A stretch of DNA of 64,000 nt from Tubiluchus corallicola (taxonomy: Eukaryota; Animalia; Priapulida). Where the stretch lies: NCBI GenBank assembly GCA_030141605.1, contig JAQGDQ010000034.1:62001-126000 (forward strand). Direction: 5' to 3'. Each line of letters starts with the position of its first letter. The first letter of the stretch is position 1. The notes beneath the pieces were generated by a model that saw only the letters and a program-made list of their open reading frames with translations, was not told the DNA's origin and searched no databases. The translations under genes were made by a program, and so were the position numbers. This document shows positions 60,574-64,000 of the stretch, piece after piece.

Positions 60574-60610
60574 GAAATGGCATTGCACGAAATAATAGCT
60601 TGGGATCCTT

Positions 60611-61396
60611 TGTTTATTCGGCCGATGGGCTATACTTAAGAAAGCAAAGAGCTTGCAAGAACAAGGCAAAAACAACTTAGGATTCCTTCTAAACTGCAAC
60701 AATACTAAGGTAGTTTATTAAAATCAATAGTAACAATCATTGCAATAACACAGATATCCTTCAATAATAATTGTAGGTAATCTCAAGAAACTAGTAGGAC
60801 TGGTCTAGGAAAAAGACAAGAATCCCGCCACGTAAGGGATTAGTAGTAGGGATCGAGTGTCTGTAGACTATTCAGCTTTGTAACTGAGCAGCAGTTAGCT
60901 CGAAGTCAGCTTTTATTCCCAATACAGAAGAGTTCAGGTTCCACCTAGCTACTGTAGCTTAGTCAGTTATTGTAGATTAGCTATATAAGCTCACCAGTAG
61001 ACTGCATCAGTTAGCTAGTCAGTAGGTTGAATATGGAGCTTGGGTTGAGAGAGTTTAGGCAAAACACACGGAAAACTCGAAACAGGAAAATATCATTTCT
61101 CTATTTTTCTCAGTTACGTATAAATGTTTAGCAAAAATTTAGTAATCATACTGTTTTACTCTTTTCCTAATCTAAACTTCCTAACTTTTCCTAATCTATG
61201 CTTACAGAGTTTGAGTGTTTGTCCTGCCCAATACAGCTGTGCGACTGCTGGTCTTCGTAGCTTGTTGTTGAGAACAACTCTCATTTACCGTTGGCCCTGC
61301 TCTCTTTCTATACAAGTCGTTATCAGGAGTTTGTTGTGGTCGTCTCGAAGCAACGCGACAAGCGACTCTTTTGCGTCCCAGATCGCCAGTGTAACA
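60611..61396 (-). mobile_element. Possible solo LTR
   Basis: Minus strand starts TGTTAC and ends ACA, with AATAAA about 100 bp before the end; composition differs from the flanks. No TSD, PBS or PPT seen. Confidence 0.3.
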
Positions 61397-63721
61397 TATT
61401 AATTTAATTTGTCACTTTACATGTTGAAATTGAAATGCGTGTGGCCGAGTAATCCATTAAGGCGGCTTCCATGTGCACTCGGAGTTGTATCTATTCTACG
61501 TAAGTTTTTCTTGCTTGTTTTATGTAACCTGGGTTCAGTTAAGTTTAGCTATTAATGCACAACTTCACAATCTCCCTGCCTTTAAACTCAACTGCCCTCA
61601 GGTGTTTCTGACAGGACAGTTCTATACTTGTTTTGACTTTCCCCTATCCCAGTTCTGATATTAGTGTTCTCCTAGACATGTTGAGTTAACATTTTCACAT
61701 CATGTTTATAATTCGTTTAAATTCATAATTTAGAAAAATGCAAACAGATTAAACAAAATGGGAATATATTGGCCATAGCATGGATCCAGATATACAGTTA
61801 GGAATGGACACGCCCCCCCCAATCCCGGGGGGCCTGAACGATTGCATCTGCAGTGCCATCAAACCTGGTTTGCTTGGCAAAACACCAAGTGTAAATTTGA
61901 GATGATTTATACCAACTTTTGCGAAACGCAATGGTCTGCAATGACCCTCTTTCCCCCAGGGAGGGAGAGAGAATCCAGGAATCCGCAGAATTAGTCTGAC
62001 CTTTACCTGAATTTTACCTTCTCCCCCAAGGACAGATAGAGGTTGGATATAGGATAATGAAAAATAGCGACAAAATTCGAGTCTCGTTCAATGCCAGTAA
62101 TCAGGGTGAAATGATACCTATTAACAACACCCACCCATAGTATAATGTACTAAAAATGTAGCGCTTGTGAGGTTACCATTTGGTATCGTCGCCCAAGCCT
62201 TCAAGCCAGAAAATTGATGCCCCAATTAATGCCAGAAAAGAAATGACACAGATTCCCAGCTCAATGTTTGTTGGCAGGAGAATAATAATCTCTCTTATAT
62301 AGTTTGTAACTTGTAATACAATCTTCATATAATTTGTAATAACTGTGGGCTTGTGTTATAAAGGGTAAGGGTGGTCAGAGAATAACATCTGTAAAGTCCA
62401 GTGGAGAGTACACAATTACATATTGATTTGTTTGAGATTGCCAGTGGATTATCTGTAAGAAATTATACATACTCAGATTTTCGGACTGACATGGACGAGG
62501 TATATGCGATAAGATTACTTTGATTTTACTTACAGCATGACCATGGGCCCAGAAATGTTGAGCAATTTGCCGTATCAGGAAATGCATTGCCGCCAATTAC
62601 ATGAGCAATAGCCAGGGCAACGTAAGTGTTATTGCCATTACTGTTGTTGTGGTTCGTGTTGTTATGATACTTCTCATGCTGCTCTAGTGCATTTTGTTTT
62701 TGTTGCAAATTTAACACAACACAATTTTTTATTACTGATGCCGGACAAGAAGTGGAAAATGAAGAATTTCGAGTAGTCAATCCGATTTTGGACAAGTCGG
62801 GTTCTAATCTAAGTTATGTTACTATTAATATTCAAGCTGTATTATAGACCCCATGTTTTTCAGAAATGCAAAAAATACAATAATAATAAATTTTGTTTTT
62901 CTGTTACTAAATTTGACAGGGAGAATGATAGAAAAAGGAGGGCGACCCGAAATAAATTGTTACAAAAAATTTCTTAGTTCGATTGAGTTATAACTTACGT
63001 GCTTTTAAGTAACTAATATCAAAAATTATACAAAATCAACCTAAGCCATTTGTCCCAAATACATGAAATTCACAATAGCTGCTAAATACGGAAGAGACTC
63101 TGAGGAAGAAGGCAGAAACTGCCGTGGTCCAAATAGTCGAGGGCAGCTTTTAGATCCACATGGGCTACCACTAACCGGGTCAGGATCCCGAGGTCCAGAG
63201 TACACAAAGTAGTGGAGTATTAAACGTTAAAGCCAGCTTGTTAGGGACAGCACCTGGAGAAGAGGAGAGATTTTCTAATGACGTGAGTAAAAGTTTTGGG
63301 CAGCATAGACAGGAGGTTGATGGTGCAACAAGTGCAATTGTGTGTGCAGTTACCTTTGCTTTGCGAAAGAAGGTGCTGTGGTTGTCTTTCAAGTCAGAAG
63401 CCACAGTGTCAAAATATTGACAACAGGTTCGAGACAGTTCCAGAAGACGTCTTGAACATGTTTACAGTAATTGGCAACTTGAAAACTACATCTTCCAGTG
63501 CGTGCAGATATGTATCAGGATTTCCGAAAAACATGATTGAAACACTGAAAAAATGAATTATTGCACGTATTACTAACTAATTTACGCTACTTTTTGAAAC
63601 AAAGGATGCACTAGATGTTAAGGAACATCTATTATGTATCCAAATCTTTACCTTCGCTATTCCGTGTTCGGAATGAGTTGAAAACTGATGATAGTGTTTT
63701 GAATTGTTCTGTCACTGGAAT

Positions 63722-63792
63722 CAAAATGGCCGACTTCCACCTTGGTCAGTGATGGAATATCCCCTGTATTATGACGTCATAAAGTAGTTCCC
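63722..63792. promoter_or_regulatory. Promoter-like motif cluster (YY1-like CAAAATGGC, CRE palindrome TGACGTCA)
   Basis: caaaatggccg at 63722 and TGACGTCA at 63772-63779; no associated gene identified. Confidence 0.25.
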
Positions 63793-64000
63793 ACGGATGG
63801 TTATGCTAAAAATAGCATTGGAACAATTTACCCCTGTGACTTTTAGCCCCACCCTCCCCTATTTATATTTTGTATTTTTATTTTTATCTTGTTTTTAGTT
63901 TTTGCCAGGCATCCAGATCTGTAAAGTTTCGCTATGTTAAATCATACTTCGTTATAGTGTTTACTGTTTAGAAAAGCATGCTTTTGTTTTGTGGTTTTTG

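Noticed and set aside
63063-63556. Cluster of short ORFs on both strands
   Set aside because: Interrupted by stops, with no motif or consistent splice pattern.

Overview
AT-rich, intron-containing animal (invertebrate-like) genomic DNA; the species cannot be determined from the sequence. The left half (4.7-29.2 kb, + strand) is a tandem array of 8 intact and 2 decayed class A GPCR paralogs with intronless CDSs. They are compact (about 285-315 aa) and mostly keep the aminergic Asp3.32/Tyr7.43 pair. They lack the canonical TM3-ECL2 cysteine and the TM6 proline, so they look like a lineage-specific, TAAR-analogous chemoreceptor expansion. The right half (- strand) holds a complete 13-exon MFSD11/UNC93-like transporter gene and a beta-ureidopropionase (UPB1) gene. 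The UPB1 frame is continuous, through a phase-compatible GT-AG intron, with two upstream hAT-transposase-type zinc fingers, making a candidate ZnF-ZnF-UPB1 fusion. UPB1 exons stop before the catalytic Cys exon, so either the GPCR array is nested in a >30 kb UPB1 intron or this copy is truncated. Interspersed are a 5S rRNA-headed SINE, a 43-bp minisatellite, several MITEs (TA, TTAA and 8-bp target types), LINE fragments, a degenerate Penelope-type hammerhead and many local tandem duplications. All calls come from manual reading; no database searches were run.
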